From Rhina ancylostomus (taxonomy: Eukaryota), in assembly GCA_030265395.1 (NCBI GenBank), contig JARFYF010000063.1, forward strand, positions 60,414,355-60,478,354: 64,000 nt of DNA, read 5' to 3'. Shown piece after piece: positions 14,108 through 26,705 of the stretch. Every line of letters starts with the position of its first letter. Within the stretch, counting starts at the first letter, position 1. The notes below the pieces were generated by a model. It was given only the letters and a program-made list of their open reading frames with translations, did no database searches and was not told the origin of the DNA. The position numbers and the translations under genes were made by a program.

Positions 14108-14714
14108 AGCAAGAAAAGCTTGTATGTTCAAAGGGAGCAATCAGTCTAAACAAACCTGTGCTGGCCTTTGCTGACCTGGAGCAGAAATCAGAGGTAACCT
14201 TACAAAACCTACAATTTTCTGTCATGTAACTCCAATCTAATATAAAAACCTAAAAACAAGGTTGCAATCTGTGTAAATCCTGAATTCAATAACACCAGCA
14301 GTTCTAACAATGAAAACTCTGTGAAGCAATAACACACCTAAGATCCACATCACTGATAGATTTTCATAATCCTTTTGAGAAACAATAGCACTTTCAAATG
14401 CAGTTTTTAGCTTTTATGGCATGCTTTGTCAACAAAAGCCACTGTGAAGGAGTACCACAGCAAAGTAACAACACTTCCACAAACATAATTATATTTTTAT
14501 TCCAACTATATTAACTATTTCACATCTTAACATGTAATAGCAATCTCTTATGGAAAGTTACTCCAATCCAAGGGAGTTAGTCTGGTTCTTTCAGGAACTT
14601 AGCTTTTTGAAAAATGCCAGCAAGGGAGAATATAATGTTAATATTTTACAAAGATAAATGTGAAATGCATAATGAAAATCTTCCTAAGATCATGGCTATT
14701 TAGGACAAAGGTTT

Positions 14715-15030
14715 GGCATTGGTATATTATTGTCACTTGTACTGAGGTACAGTGAAAAGCTTGTCTTACAAACCGATCATACAGGTCAATTCATNNNNNN
14801 NNNNNNNNNNNNNNNNNNNNNNNNNNNNNNNNNNNNNNNNNNNNNNNNNNNNNNNNNNNNNNNNNNNNNNNNNNNNNNNNNNNNNNNNNNNNNNCAGTAC
14901 AGAGTAAAGTGTCGCAGCTACAGAGAAAGTGCAGTGCAATAAGGTGCAAGGTCACAACAAGTCTAGTGGTACGTGCTGTCAGACACCTGTATCTTCTACC
15001 CGATGGAAGAGGAGAGAAGAGAAAGGGGCA
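14715..15030 (-). mobile_element. Rex1/Babar-type LINE 3' end (spans a gap)
   Basis: Minus strand reads LFSPLPSGRRYRCLTARTTRL; 3'UTR ends 'aagcttttcactgtacctcagtacaagtgacaataatataccaat'. Confidence 0.8.
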
Positions 15031-15699
15031 TCAGGACAGACTTTCTGCCAACATCACTTATTTCACTCGCAAAGAGACTACTGGAGAAACAGTCAAGACC
15101 TTTATATTTGACAGATGAAAACAGTTTCAGGATCATAGCTGTGATCTTACCAAGAACACAAGTTGAAGATGTAATTAGGTATAGCGGAAAGATGTTGCAT
15201 TCTTCATCCATTCAAATTGCATTAACTTGGTATTACTACAGAACAGTTTGCAGGCAGGACCTCTGACTGAATTAACAGGTACAGCTTGGAAGTGATACAT
15301 TTTGCTTCAGTTTCAATTCTCAGCCCAACAACTCCAGATCAGCAAGCGAATTTATAAATAACCTTGTTCATATATCAACTCTGGAACATCATCACAGAAT
15401 CCTGTAACAGTACAGGACAAACTACCTCCAATTTACAACCTAAATAAAATAAATCCTTGGAGGACTCAGTCATTTTAGCTTTTAAAGCACACCAAGTTAG
15501 TACTTCATACACTTCAACATTCAGCATTAACAACTGAATGAATCAAGTGGACCGATTGAGAAGCAAGACCTTGGAATGTGAATTGTTAATCTGACAGTAA
15601 ATTTTACACTTTCCCATTCACAAAATCCTTTTCAACAAAAAATCCTTCAAGCAAGAAGCCATTTGCTTTCAAACATAGCTGTTAAAGCCTTTCCAAAAG

Positions 15700-16160
15700 A
15701 CACTAGTCTGATGGAATACTCTCCATTTCCCTGAATGAGTACAGCTCTATCAACACTCAAGAAACTCAATACCATCCACAACAAAGTGGTCCACTTGACT
15801 TATACTCCATCCACTACCCCAAAATATTCACTTCCGCCACATTGATGCACCATGTCTGCAGTCTACCACTGCAAAGCACAATGCCTATTATTCACCAAGG
15901 TTGTTTTGATAGCACTTCCCAAACCCACAACCTTTACCATCATGGCAAATAGTAATTACACAACCAAAGGTTCTTCTACAAATCACACACCATTATCAGA
16001 GAACCTAAATCCTGGAACACTCTGCCCAACAACATTGCAGGAGTGCTTTCACCTGATGTACTACAGCTGCTCACCACCTCCTTATCAACAGGAACAAAGG
16101 ATGAACAATTAATGCTGACCTTGGCACTGATACCTACATTTCACAAAATGGATTTTTTTT
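15700..16160 (+). mobile_element. 3' end of a second CR1/L2-group LINE family (family B)
   Basis: MEYSP...S....TLKKLNTIHNK motif at 15711-15785; homologous to 55515-55950; tail 'aattaatgctgaccttggcactgatacctacatttcac'. Confidence 0.75.
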
Positions 16161-17589
16161 AAAAATGCCCACTTAATATTCTACAACTGCTCAGTACAAT
16201 CCTTAACCCCAGTACCAGAAAAATAACACACCCATGGCAAAAGAGCTTAAAGCTGCAATTTTCTAAAGGACCCTTCTCTACACTTTATCCAAAGCTTCAA
16301 ATCATTCATCATGTGAGGAGAGCAAAATTGGAGAAAAGTATTCAAATTGAAGACTGACCAGAGTTTCATACAAGAACAAACAATATGTTTAGCTGAAAAG
16401 ATATACCATTTCAATGCCCCCCAAACACCCTGTGTGCTGAACGGTTGCTTCATTAAATTGCTCATACATATACTTTGAGAGATCTATGCAATAAGAACAG
16501 CCTGGATTTTTCTTTCACCAAATGCTTCATATGAGGGGTATATCTGGATTCAGCAATCTCTCTGTCCACATGTGCAACACCTCACTTACACAAATAAACA
16601 TTTGCCAGTCAGGGCCCCATCAAGGTCCTGAAACAGCCATACATAATCTGAATATTACCTTCCGACACTGATTTCACACCTGGCTCTTCTTTGTTACTCA
16701 ATTAGCTTGAATGCCAATTTGATCAAGATTGAGTGAAGAACCCAAATACAAAATCAGCTTTCTGTTCACCAGCTGAATGGTTAACTCAAAAGTAGTTTCT
16801 AAATGGCTCTGTCATGGTTCTGAGTTCTGGCCCTCAATTTGGCTCCTTTAATGCCTTGTTGTCCAGCACATGGATTCCATGCNNNNNNNNNNNNNNNNNN
16901 NNNNNNNNNNNNNNNNNNNNNNNNNNNNNNNNNNNNNNNNNNNNNNNNNNNNNNNNNNNNNNNNNNNNNNNNNNNNNNNNNNCTGAGGAAGTATCCTGAC
17001 TCCAGTCTTGTATTGGTGTGCTACATTTGGGTTCTCTGAGTTTGCTCAACATTGTGACAGTCTGAAGACCAAACAAATTGTGGGCTGGATTGGTGGCTGG
17101 ATTTGTTTGTGGGACATAAATGGAATGCTGCTCCAAGTTATCATCTAAATAGTGCTTGGTCAAATTTCTCTTGTCCTAGTCATTGAGGACCATGTTCAAA
17201 GACATCCTCCAAATAATTTTCTTTCAAAATGAGACTGAGTGTCACTTATAAGCATTCATTGATTTATCAAACCCTGAATGAAGCTTTGATTTTGTTTCAC
17301 ATGGTTTGCACTACTGGTGAACATTCAGACTGGCTGTGTTCCTGTCACTGTGAACTGGTTCTAAGAAGGATCATCTGTATTTGTCCCCAGAGCAAATGTG
17401 TCTTTTAAATATATTCCTCTATTAGCATGCACAAAATGTAATTCTTTGTCCCTCCTCCAATTTCAAACATGTGTACTTTAGAAAGAGCACTAAATTTAAA
17501 AGCCAATAGCATACATTATAACCTTTTCAAAATTTCTGAATGAAGATGCACAGACTGCAATAGGATGATACAACTTTCTGCCCTCTTTC

Positions 17590-17672
17590 TTTCTGGTCCT
17601 GATGAAGGGTCTCATTTCCCTCCATAGATGCTGCCTGACCTGCTGAGTTTCTCCAGCATTTCCTGTGTATTC
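17590..17672 (+). mobile_element. Penelope-like terminal repeat, internally deleted
   Basis: 'ggtcCTGATGAagggtctc' (core at 17599-17605) joined directly to 'catagatgctgcctgacctgctgagtttctccagcatt'; the GAAA half is deleted. Confidence 0.8.
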
Positions 17673-20605
17673 TTTCTATCAAACTGTTTCTTTAAGTTGG
17701 ACTTTTCACAGACAACCACACATTTTAGACCTAAAGAATCAGAGGTCCACAGAATTAATAAGCACTCCCAGAAGAGAAAGATATCTCCCAAAATTTTAAA
17801 AAAATTTCTCATATTATTTCAGACAACCACTGTGACAAGAATATTCTTAAAAAGTGTCAATTTAAGTATGTTGTGAAAGTGTTAGAAAAAGAGAGATGTA
17901 TTTAAGGAAGTACAAAACTAAAATATGACATTAATCCATCATCATTGTACTCAAGTACTACCCAATTGAATGGCGATAGATTGCAGGAACTTAATAGATT
18001 TTATTTCTAATAAGTTCCATCAGGTACTCAATCATGGCTACTCAACGATTCTCTGGAGATCTATTTCAACACAGTCTTCCTGTGATTTATGAGGTCTGCT
18101 GAAATAGTTCAACTGTAATGTTTGAAAAGGCTTCTCCCTTTAACTGCTCACACAAAACATTGGTCCTGGCCCGCGCTGCAGTTTGCCATGCCGTACATAT
18201 GGCCCAAGTGTATGCAAAGTTATTAGTGAAATTCCAGTTGGTAATTAATCAAAGAAAGGAGATGAAAAATTAAGGCTGAGGGTCAGAGAAAATTAAAGAA
18301 AGAAACAAGTCTTCCATTCCTAACACTCTACAGCTGAATGGCACATACCCATTCAGTATTGAAAACACAAAAAAGTAAAGCTATTTCAGTAATACATCTC
18401 AGGATTCTAGATGTCCCTATACCCATTCAGAGGATGAGGAAAAAAGCATGTCTAAAATAAAAATTGTGGCATTATCTTCTCAGCTTTTGCAGAAAAAAAA
18501 TCAGAAAAATCAGAATGGGGGGGGGNNNNNNNNNNCAACTAAATAGCATAAACATTAAATACTTGACACTTGTGCAGGCCATGGACAGCTCAAGGTGGCT
18601 TTTGCTTATGGTTCCAGTTCTGACATCTACCTAAACAATGTCAATTGCCAAAATATAGTTTTCCTTTTAATTTTGATGGTCAAAACTGCCATCACTGGAG
18701 CACTGGACTCCATGTGAAGTCCAGCAGAGGAGCCTTGCATCAGTAGGAGTACCCTTCACAGTACTGGGGAAATCAGACCTGTGCCAGTCAGACCTGGTGA
18801 AGGATCCAACAGTCCTTAGAAATGAAATGGGGATTGAAGGGCAAAATATTAGGAGGCAAAGGTTGCCTTTTAAATATTATTTTTATTGCTCTTGATAATT
18901 TACAAAGACTTATATTTTAGTTAATATTTTTTATTTTTCCCACTCGTATTAATTAATGATTCACTTACACTTTGTTACCTTTAATAGGTCTCTGAACATC
19001 AGAGACATTCAAAAATTCTTGAAAATAAACTGCAACTTTGCTGGATGTCAAATGCTATCAGGGTCTTCACAGTCTGCGTCACCTCAGTGCACTCAACTGA
19101 CAGTAAGGGCAGCAACCATCTGTACGTGTATGCCATAATCACAACTTTCATTACAGACAGCAAAAGGGAATGAAATGACAAGATGAGAACTTTTGCTTTG
19201 AATTGCTTATCGCTGTCATCCCTGTGATGAATAAGCTGTACTCAGGTATAAATAATTCCTTCTGGCACAGGCATTCAATCTCTTGTAGATCCATGTTGCA
19301 GTCTTGCATTTATTTTGCTGATTAAGATAAGTGTGTACCAATAGGGATTTTGTCATTTTTTTCTTATCATCTTTAGCCATTTTCTCAAATCATCGTTGGG
19401 TTCGAACCTCATTTCTCCTTTCATTGACAGGAAAAGACTTCCTGACCAAGGAGAACAACAACCCAAGTAAGTTCTTCCCCTAATTTCGAATGACACTGTC
19501 AAAACCTGAAGGTGAATTTAATTAGTGATTTATTGTCTGAGACCATGATAAATGCACAAATAAGGGATCAGCAATACTGTGGAACTTGCACTTATTTTGT
19601 TACCATTCCTATTTTCAGTCTTTCATGTCCAACTGTCCAAAGAATTCTTTGTGGAGTCGGGCTGAAGCATCAAAGTGCACTGTTTAACTGACTCTCTGTA
19701 ATACTTGTGGAACAGTTTGAAAAGTGATTGGTCNNNNNNNNNNNNNNNNNNNNNNNNNNNTTTCAAGCATTGCCTGATTCACCAGTAAATTGACCCAACT
19801 AGCACAAATCTGGGTCTGCAAGAAATGCCAAACCCCTTTTTGGCTTTTCAACTTAAAAAAAATAGTCAAAAACATGATGCTTTGCATTGCAACAAAGTAT
19901 TTTACATGAATCCGACACTACCCTAAAAGACCAGTACTCATTGCAACAGACTTCACAAGTTGCATTTTGTCTGCTGTCTCCAGGCTATTGTTGACAGCAG
20001 CAATGTCGTGACAATGTTTGGAATACTCCTGCTTATTTAAACTGTTTGCATTTTTGTCTTCTTGCCATAATAGTCTCAACTAACCATTAAATTTAAAATC
20101 CCCACAATTTACAGAACACTTCTCCTAGTGCATTGGTAACAGATTTATTCCCAATCAAAAGCAACAACTACCTTGGTAATACACAAGTGTGTCAGTGCAT
20201 GAACCAAGTTTGTTTACCTGAACTCTCTTATAACATCAGCCGATTGTTCTTTCCCATGCATTCTTCGGATTTACTATGGAAAGCAACTTGCTACATTGGG
20301 AACCCAAAACGTAAATCCATACTCTCTGAGGCACGGTATCTTCAAAAATTCTGTTTTGAGACTGAGTAAAAACATTTTGCAACAATGCAATTATTCTGAA
20401 GGGAATTTTTTTTTTTAACTTCAATTAGGATACTGGTATCCCATGGGCAAACTACTAATGTTGCCTTATGTTCACTAGATTTTTCTTCCCTCTACACCCT
20501 TTTCCCTAAACTCCAAGAGGGGGTCCTATCTCTGCTGAATGAAAACACACCTGCCTACAACAATTGAATCAAGGAGAATTTGATTGAACTACATTGCTCA
20601 GATTT

Positions 20606-20691
20606 TTATTATTTTTATAATTAAATTTTATTTACAGCATGGTAACAGGCCCTTCTGGCCCAACGAGTCTGTGCTGCCCATTTTAAACCCC
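20606..20691 (-). mobile_element. SINE 3' tail (CR1-like), body probably hidden in the adjacent gap
   Basis: Reverse complement 'ggggtttaaaatgggcagcacagactcgttgggccagaagggcctgttaccatgctgtaaataaaa' matches the tail of the SINE at 51660-51897. Confidence 0.8.
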
Positions 20692-21379
20692 NNNNNNNNN
20701 NNNNNNNNNNNNNNNNNNNNNNNNNNNNNNNNNNNNNNNNNNNNNNNNNNNNNNNNNNNNNNNNNNNNNNNNNNNNNNNNNNNNNNNNNNNNNNNNNNNN
20801 NNNNNNNNNNNNNNNNNNNNNNNNNNNNNNNNNNNNNNNNNNNNNNNNNNNNNNNNNNNNNNNNNNNNNNNNNNNNNNNNNNNNNNNNNNNNNNNNNNNN
20901 NNNNNNNNNNNNNNNNNNNNNNNNNNNNNNNNNNNNNNNNNNNNNNNNNNNNNNNNNNNNNNNNNNNNNNNNNNNNNNNNNNNNNNNNNNNNNNNNNNNN
21001 NNNNNNNNNNNNNNNNNNNNNNNNNNNNNNNNNNNNNNNNNNNNNNNNNNNNNNNNNNNNNNNNNNNNNNNNNNNNNNNNNNNNNNNNNNNNNNNNNNNN
21101 NNNNNNNNNNNNNNNNNNNNNNNNNNNNNNNNNNNNNNNNNNNNNNNNNNNNNNNNNNNNNNNNNNNNNNNNNNNNNNNNNNNNNNNNNNNNNNNNNNNN
21201 NNNNNNNNNNNNNNNNNNNNNNNNNNNNNNNNNNNNNNNNNNNNNNNNNNNNNNNNNNNNNNNNNNNNNNNNNNNNNNNNNNNNNNNNNNNNNNNNNNNN
21301 NNNNNNNNNNNNNNNNNNNNNNNNNNNNNNNNNNNNNNACACTCTCTTTAAAACTGTGTCAGAGAAAGATATTTCAGTG

Positions 21380-21675
21380 CAGGCAGAGGAAAAGATTCCC
21401 AGACACACTCATGAACTTCTTGGGGAAAAAAACACCTTCCCAACTAATCTTAGTCATCTGTGGTCCACGACTGCTCAAGCTGGAGAAGGAGCATTCAAAG
21501 TGTGTTGAAAACCTTGGGTCAATGCATTGGAAGCACACCGAAACCCTGTGTAAAAGCAGGAAGAGCATATTACATCACAAACTACCTACCTGCCCACTCG
21601 TCAGATCAGGCACCTCCTGACCATCTGCATTTGCCCGCACTCAGAGACCGAACTCCAAGACATCATTGACTCAAG
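21380..21675 (+). mobile_element. RTE-type LINE 3' end
   Basis: 'gctggagaaggagcattc' (WRRSI) and 'ggcacctcctgaccatctg...cactcagagacc' resemble the RTE C-terminus seen at 42500-42730. Confidence 0.55.
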
Positions 21676-22319
21676 CTGTTAAGTGTACACAAATGTTAAT
21701 ACAGCTGTAGTAAACACAGGAGATTAAATTATTAATGGATTTGATTGCAAGGATTCCAGGAGAAAGATGAACAGAAACACAGCACATGCCTTAATCATTT
21801 ACTTTTGTATCACAATTGCCATCTGTTTCCCAATTCAAACATTTCCTGTGACAGTAGCCAGTCTGACAAAGCTGCTACTAAAAATACACCTGCTACAGGA
21901 GTTATGTGAAAACATGAAACACATACAGGAAGCGCTTCAAATAACAGGGAACATTTTACATAAATTTCAATCCCCATTGTGTCTGAATTTATAAATCACA
22001 TGAAGCACAGCAGAACTTAACTGATGATTCCATTTGAGAACACAAATTTTACCATTAGCAGTCTCTATATGCTTTGAAATACAGCATTTCAGTGGCTGCA
22101 ATTGCAGGTTTGTTGAACAAAGTGGTCCCACCACACCACTTCCTGTTATTGCTTCCCAAAACTCCACTCATACAAGAGCAACTCCCTGCACATCCCTGAA
22201 AAGGCATTCATGCTCCATCTGCTTTTTGACTGCATTTTCTTCATACTTCAGGAAATATTTGCCCACATCACACAACAGTACAGATTCACTTCTTCTTGGT
22301 AAATCTAAGAAAAGCAGTC

Positions 22320-22800
22320 TGAATAAAACAGAAAATGTTGGAAATATTCAGCAATTCAGTAGAGGGAAACCAGTGAAGCTTTAAGTTCAAACCATTTTTC
22401 CACAACTGCCAAAATTAGAGATGCATTCAGTTTTGAACAACAGAGATAATGGGATTGGCATAGGCGGGGAAGGTAAAAACGAGAGGCAAGGTCATTTAAA
22501 AGATCACAGACATGGGTAATTGATTGACATAAGAGAGGTGCAAAGCAAAGAGGGGTGATAATAGTTAAAAGGAGAAACAAAATATGATCTTCAAGTAGCT
22601 GTAAATGGCAACATCAATCATTACTGTCAGTAGCTGTATGGAAAAAATGGAAGCACTCACAAATATGAAATTGGTGAAAGTCTGTGGTTCATCTAACTGA
22701 AAGTTGAGATGCTGCTCCATGGGATGCAGACTATTTATTGGGGATGAATTAAGAATAGACCATGAAGGCAATGGTCTATTGGAAGGAAAGTGCAAGAAAA
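22320..22800 (-). mobile_element. Decayed Penelope-like element 3' part
   Basis: Minus ORF contains HFPS...MEQHLNFQL (PLE endonuclease C-terminal EQHLIF.L motif); tail 'aaaacagaaaatgttggaaatattcagca' at 22325. Confidence 0.6.
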
Positions 22801-23984
22801 AGAACAGACACATATGCCAGGGTTCTACGAGTTGCACAACTGTGTCACCCAAAAAGGAAATATAATGACAGAAAAATCTCAGTCCTGTCCTCAAGACTTT
22901 CTGGCTCTTACCATCCGAGTCTATCTTATAACATCAGAGGCAGAGATGTAGAGAACATCTCTCCCTTGACAAGGACACATGCACTTTTGCTCGCGAATCG
23001 AATGCAGGGTTCAAACTTTACATGTTCTGCTCAGTAGCACATAACCTAAGGAGTTGGAATTTTAATTTTGTTACTGTATCCACATTATCCAAAATCAGAG
23101 TAATCTATTTCCAAAATAAAAATTTTAAGTCATTCCTAATATTTTAAACTGATGGATAAAAGCCATAGAGATCAATACACAGCAAGAGCTTCAAGTTAAA
23201 CACCTCCTCCTGCAAGAATGAGAGAAACCTTCCAGTCCAACATTCAAAAACAGGAGGTTTTATTCAAGCTCAGCCATGATTTTTATAGGCACGACAGAAA
23301 TGACTTAATATCACAAACCCTTAATGTGAATCAACCAGCAATCAGCATGAAAAGGTATTCATGAAGTATACCAGTGTTGATGTATTTCATTATTTAACTT
23401 GAATCATAATTACTGTGGAGAAATATCATCTGCTACCCTAAGAACAAATGTCAAACTGTACAGCTGATTGACAAAGTAGCTTGATGCAACACAGGAAAGA
23501 TGTGCTTTGTCTGTTACTTGCACTGAATAGTCAAGTTGCTCTTTGAATCACCACCTGTTGATGAATGGAGCAGGTTATGGAAATTAGAAGGAAACTACAA
23601 AAAGTAACAGCTGCACTGAAGCAGACATCAAAAGATGTTAAGTTGACTTGAAAAAATAGTGCTCATTTTGGGCTTTGACAGTGATGCAGCAGCAGCAGGA
23701 AAGGTCTGCTGAATATCAATATTCCAGGAAATGACTTCAACAGAAAACTTACTGCAGAGCGCCTTACGAACTTTCCTTTCTCATACATCAGGGTTCATCA
23801 ATACTTAAATAAACAATTAGACAAAGCACCGAGTTCACTTCATTTCTACTCAAGAGTGACCAAGTCTGTCATCTGTCACTGCACACATAAATTTTTGACT
23901 TTTAAGTGAACCACTCATATAAAGGCTGTAGTTACTAAAAGTATCAATGCAATTGCAATTTCATAAAGGGATGTATCTTCTATA

Positions 23985-24335
23985 ATTTATTCACAACATG
24001 TAGCTGTCACTGCTAAGATCTTCATTTCAGATCCATCCCCAACTGCCTCAAATTGTGTAACCTGCAAGGTGATTTAAGGGAGCTGTTGGAATCAAATGTA
24101 CCACTCTGGGTCTGAAGTGAAACCTAGGCCAAGCCAATAAGGGACAACACATTTCCTTCCCTCAAGGACATGAGTTAAATGACAATCCATTAGCTTCACA
24201 GCTACCTTTGCTGATTTTTTTTGATTCCATAATTTATTTAACCAAATTTAAACAGAATGTAAATGACCCAGTTTATGTAATGGAATTTTACTCCAGGCCT
24301 CTCGATTGCTAATCCAGTACTTCAACCCATAACAA
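23985..24335 (-). mobile_element. tRNA-derived SINE with Meta-domain-like core
   Basis: 'gggtctgaagtgaaacctaggccaagccaataagggacaacacatttccttccctcaaggacat' core; head remnant 'ggcctctcgattgctaatccagt'; tail shared with family-B LINE. Confidence 0.65.
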
Positions 24336-25224
24336 ATTGAAACATCTAACACTACAACACATCAGTAAATTTTCTGTAATCTTACTTTGCAGCAAGTAAA
24401 CAGAGCTGGAAACATTTTCCAACTAGTTTAATAAATAATAGAGGATAGACCAGTTCATAAAACAATTCCCCTGATTCCAATTCCACAAGAGATGAGATTC
24501 AACCAACTGTCATGAACATACAGTGCCCATCAGTCCTGAGAAGTTAGAAATGTAACCATAATTTTGATTCTAGCCCAAATCATAACTGGAGCACAGAATT
24601 TCTTGAAATAACAACTTATAAAACACAAGATTCTGGCTTTGAGAAAAACATTCTACAAAAAACATTTTTAATAAAAATTTTCCCATAACTACCTATCACT
24701 TGTCCAGCTGAATGAATATTTCTGACATGGTCAATTCTATGCCAAATCACAACATTAAAAAAATCGTGGACATCAGCTTTGCAAAACTGCTGCTTGATGT
24801 TTTGTGTTCAGTCTGAATTACTGCATTAATTAATGACCAACTATTTTCCAAGTACAAAAATTTGTACAACATTTATATTAAGTTCTCAGTCAACCACAAT
24901 CTTGATCCAAACACAACATTTCTTGGCATTCAAGTCCCAATTCTGCAAGGATTGGACATGCCAGCAAATTCCTGAGAAAGTTTGGAGAGAAGCAAATATT
25001 TAGCAACTTAAAACATTTTTTTTCCAGGCTTTAAGTTAGGCAATGCTTGCCTGACCCATGGATCACAGCTAAGACAAGCAGGATACTATCAGTCGCCAAT
25101 CAACAATTAACCCACATAATCCAGCTTCTACTGTGGTTGGTTTCATTCCCCAGATGTTCAAATTTACAGGATATGAACCTAGAACATTTTCTTTGCCAAT
25201 AAATATGCTGGTGTGGTGACTTAC

Positions 25225-25325
25225 CGTTCATGAACCGGCTCCCATGGTCGCGAGCGTCGTCGGAGGCCCCGATACAAGATGGCACGGGGCACTCCTTCTT
25301 CGTTGGGCTCGGGGAGCCCGCGCAT
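25225..25325 (-). CDS. Candidate uORF or N-terminal coding segment MRGLPEPNEEGVPRAILYRGLRRRSRPWEPVHE, open across the donor (phase 2)
   Basis: ATG at 25325; 33 codons plus 2 nt with no stop up to the GT donor; translation is inferred only. Confidence 0.4.
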
Positions 25326-25337
25326 GAGAAGGTCGCG

Positions 25338-25345
25338 TGACGTCA
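25338..25345. promoter_or_regulatory. Perfect CRE/ATF palindrome TGACGTCA inside the exon
   Basis: Exact 8-mer within the near-palindrome cgcgTGACGTCAgcgcg; function not shown. Confidence 0.35.
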
Positions 25346-26454
25346 GCGCGGGAACTGTTTATCAAAGGGGCAGTGCACCCCAGTCGTGCATTTGACTCTT
25401 GGACTTCAAACAAGTGTCTCGTGTCTTTATTCAGTGTAGCTAGCCGCTACACTGGAAAGAAAACAAATGTAAAGGACCAATCACAAATTTACAGTTATAA
25501 CTAGAGGTTTAAGCAGCATTTGGTATGTCTTGATAGTTACACACCAATCATACCTTATACATTGGTCAGAAAACCTCAAAATCTATATTGCATGTAAAAT
25601 ATGCAAACAGTATTGTGAAATTTTTTTTAAACTGCTTGCTATTGCTATGAGATAAGATCTACAAAGCTTGCAGTTAATTTGTTCCCACATTTGATTACTT
25701 ACAAGCAGCAAAATCATATCAGGAGTTCTGTCAATGCTCTAACAACTTTTAAAAACTGACACCACGATACGCTCGATATATGAAAACAAGCTGTTTATCC
25801 AGTAGACATAGTGTAAACATTTCTCTGTCCTCAATAGAAGAAAAAATGACTTCTAAATGTGGTCTTAATTTCAATTATTTTCATATTTTGTAAATAATCT
25901 ATGAAAAAAAGCAAATGAAGCTTTCAAATCTTCCAGATACCTTGATTCGCTCTGTTGCTGTCTCTCTCACAAAGCTGTTTATAAAAGTACTAAGCACCCA
26001 CCCGCTCCACCTCTCCAGTTTGGGATAACAGATGATAATATAAAATTCAGCCTAACTGCTCACTCGGACACAAGACAATTCTCTTAAAATGCAATTCTAT
26101 AATTGCATTCATCCACTATGAATTGGGACCCTTAATACAGAGCACCACCTCAAAATCATGTTGGCACTTATGCAAATCTCCACTAATGCCATCCTGCTGC
26201 TGTCACATTTGCCATTCAACCACAATTCCCTCAAGGACTCACCTGTACCTATCCATTGTAAAACACCACCTACTGTTTCCTCCCCTTTTCTTTGTCTTCA
26301 TGTCTTCACTTACTCTTCTCTCTCCTTCCTTCCTTATTCATTATCCCTTGCCCCTCAGAGCCTCCTACTCCTGGGTTAACTTTAAATACTATTATTCAAT
26401 ATCCAGAACCATTATCAATCCCCAACCCTGGCATCATGCAGTCCATTTGTTTTA

Positions 26455-26705
26455 TTATTATTCTTTCATCAAATGTGGACATCACCGGCACAATCAGGAT
26501 TTGGTAGCCATAACTAATTTTCTTGAACTGAGTGGCTTTCTTCGTCATTTCAAAGGCTCATTAAGAAGCAATCACACTGCTGTTGATCTGGACTCGTAAG
26601 CAAATTGAACCAAGTAAGGATTCATGAATGAACTTTCAGGGTTTCTGCAACAAACCAGTAGTTTGTTGGGCACCATTACTGATATTAGCTTTTTCTTCCC
26701 ACATT
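26455..26705 (-). mobile_element. Meta-domain-like SINE fragment
   Basis: 'ttcatcaaatgtggacatcaccggcacaatcaggattt...aactgagtggctttcttcgtcatttcaaaggctcattaagaagcaatcacactgctgttgatctggactc'; homologous to 23985-24335 and 34355-34750. Confidence 0.65.

Larger units (their letters stand above)
25225..25451 (-). other. Spliced exon of a minus-strand host gene, probably 5'UTR with uORFs and possibly the start codon
   Basis: Acceptor cctttacatttgttttctttccAG (25452-25475) with no other AG for about 45 nt upstream; donor CG|GTAAGT (25219-25226); about 21 CpGs in 227 nt in a CpG-poor window; stops in all three frames near the 5' end, so not an internal coding exon. Confidence 0.85.

Noticed and set aside
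20584-21408. Longest ORFs in the track (255 and 241 aa)
   Set aside because: Almost entirely N-gap read-through
25228-25413. 61-aa ORF from the track over the CpG-rich exon
   Set aside because: Starts at TTG and is closed inside the exon; only its last five codons (AUG3 uORF) have an ATG
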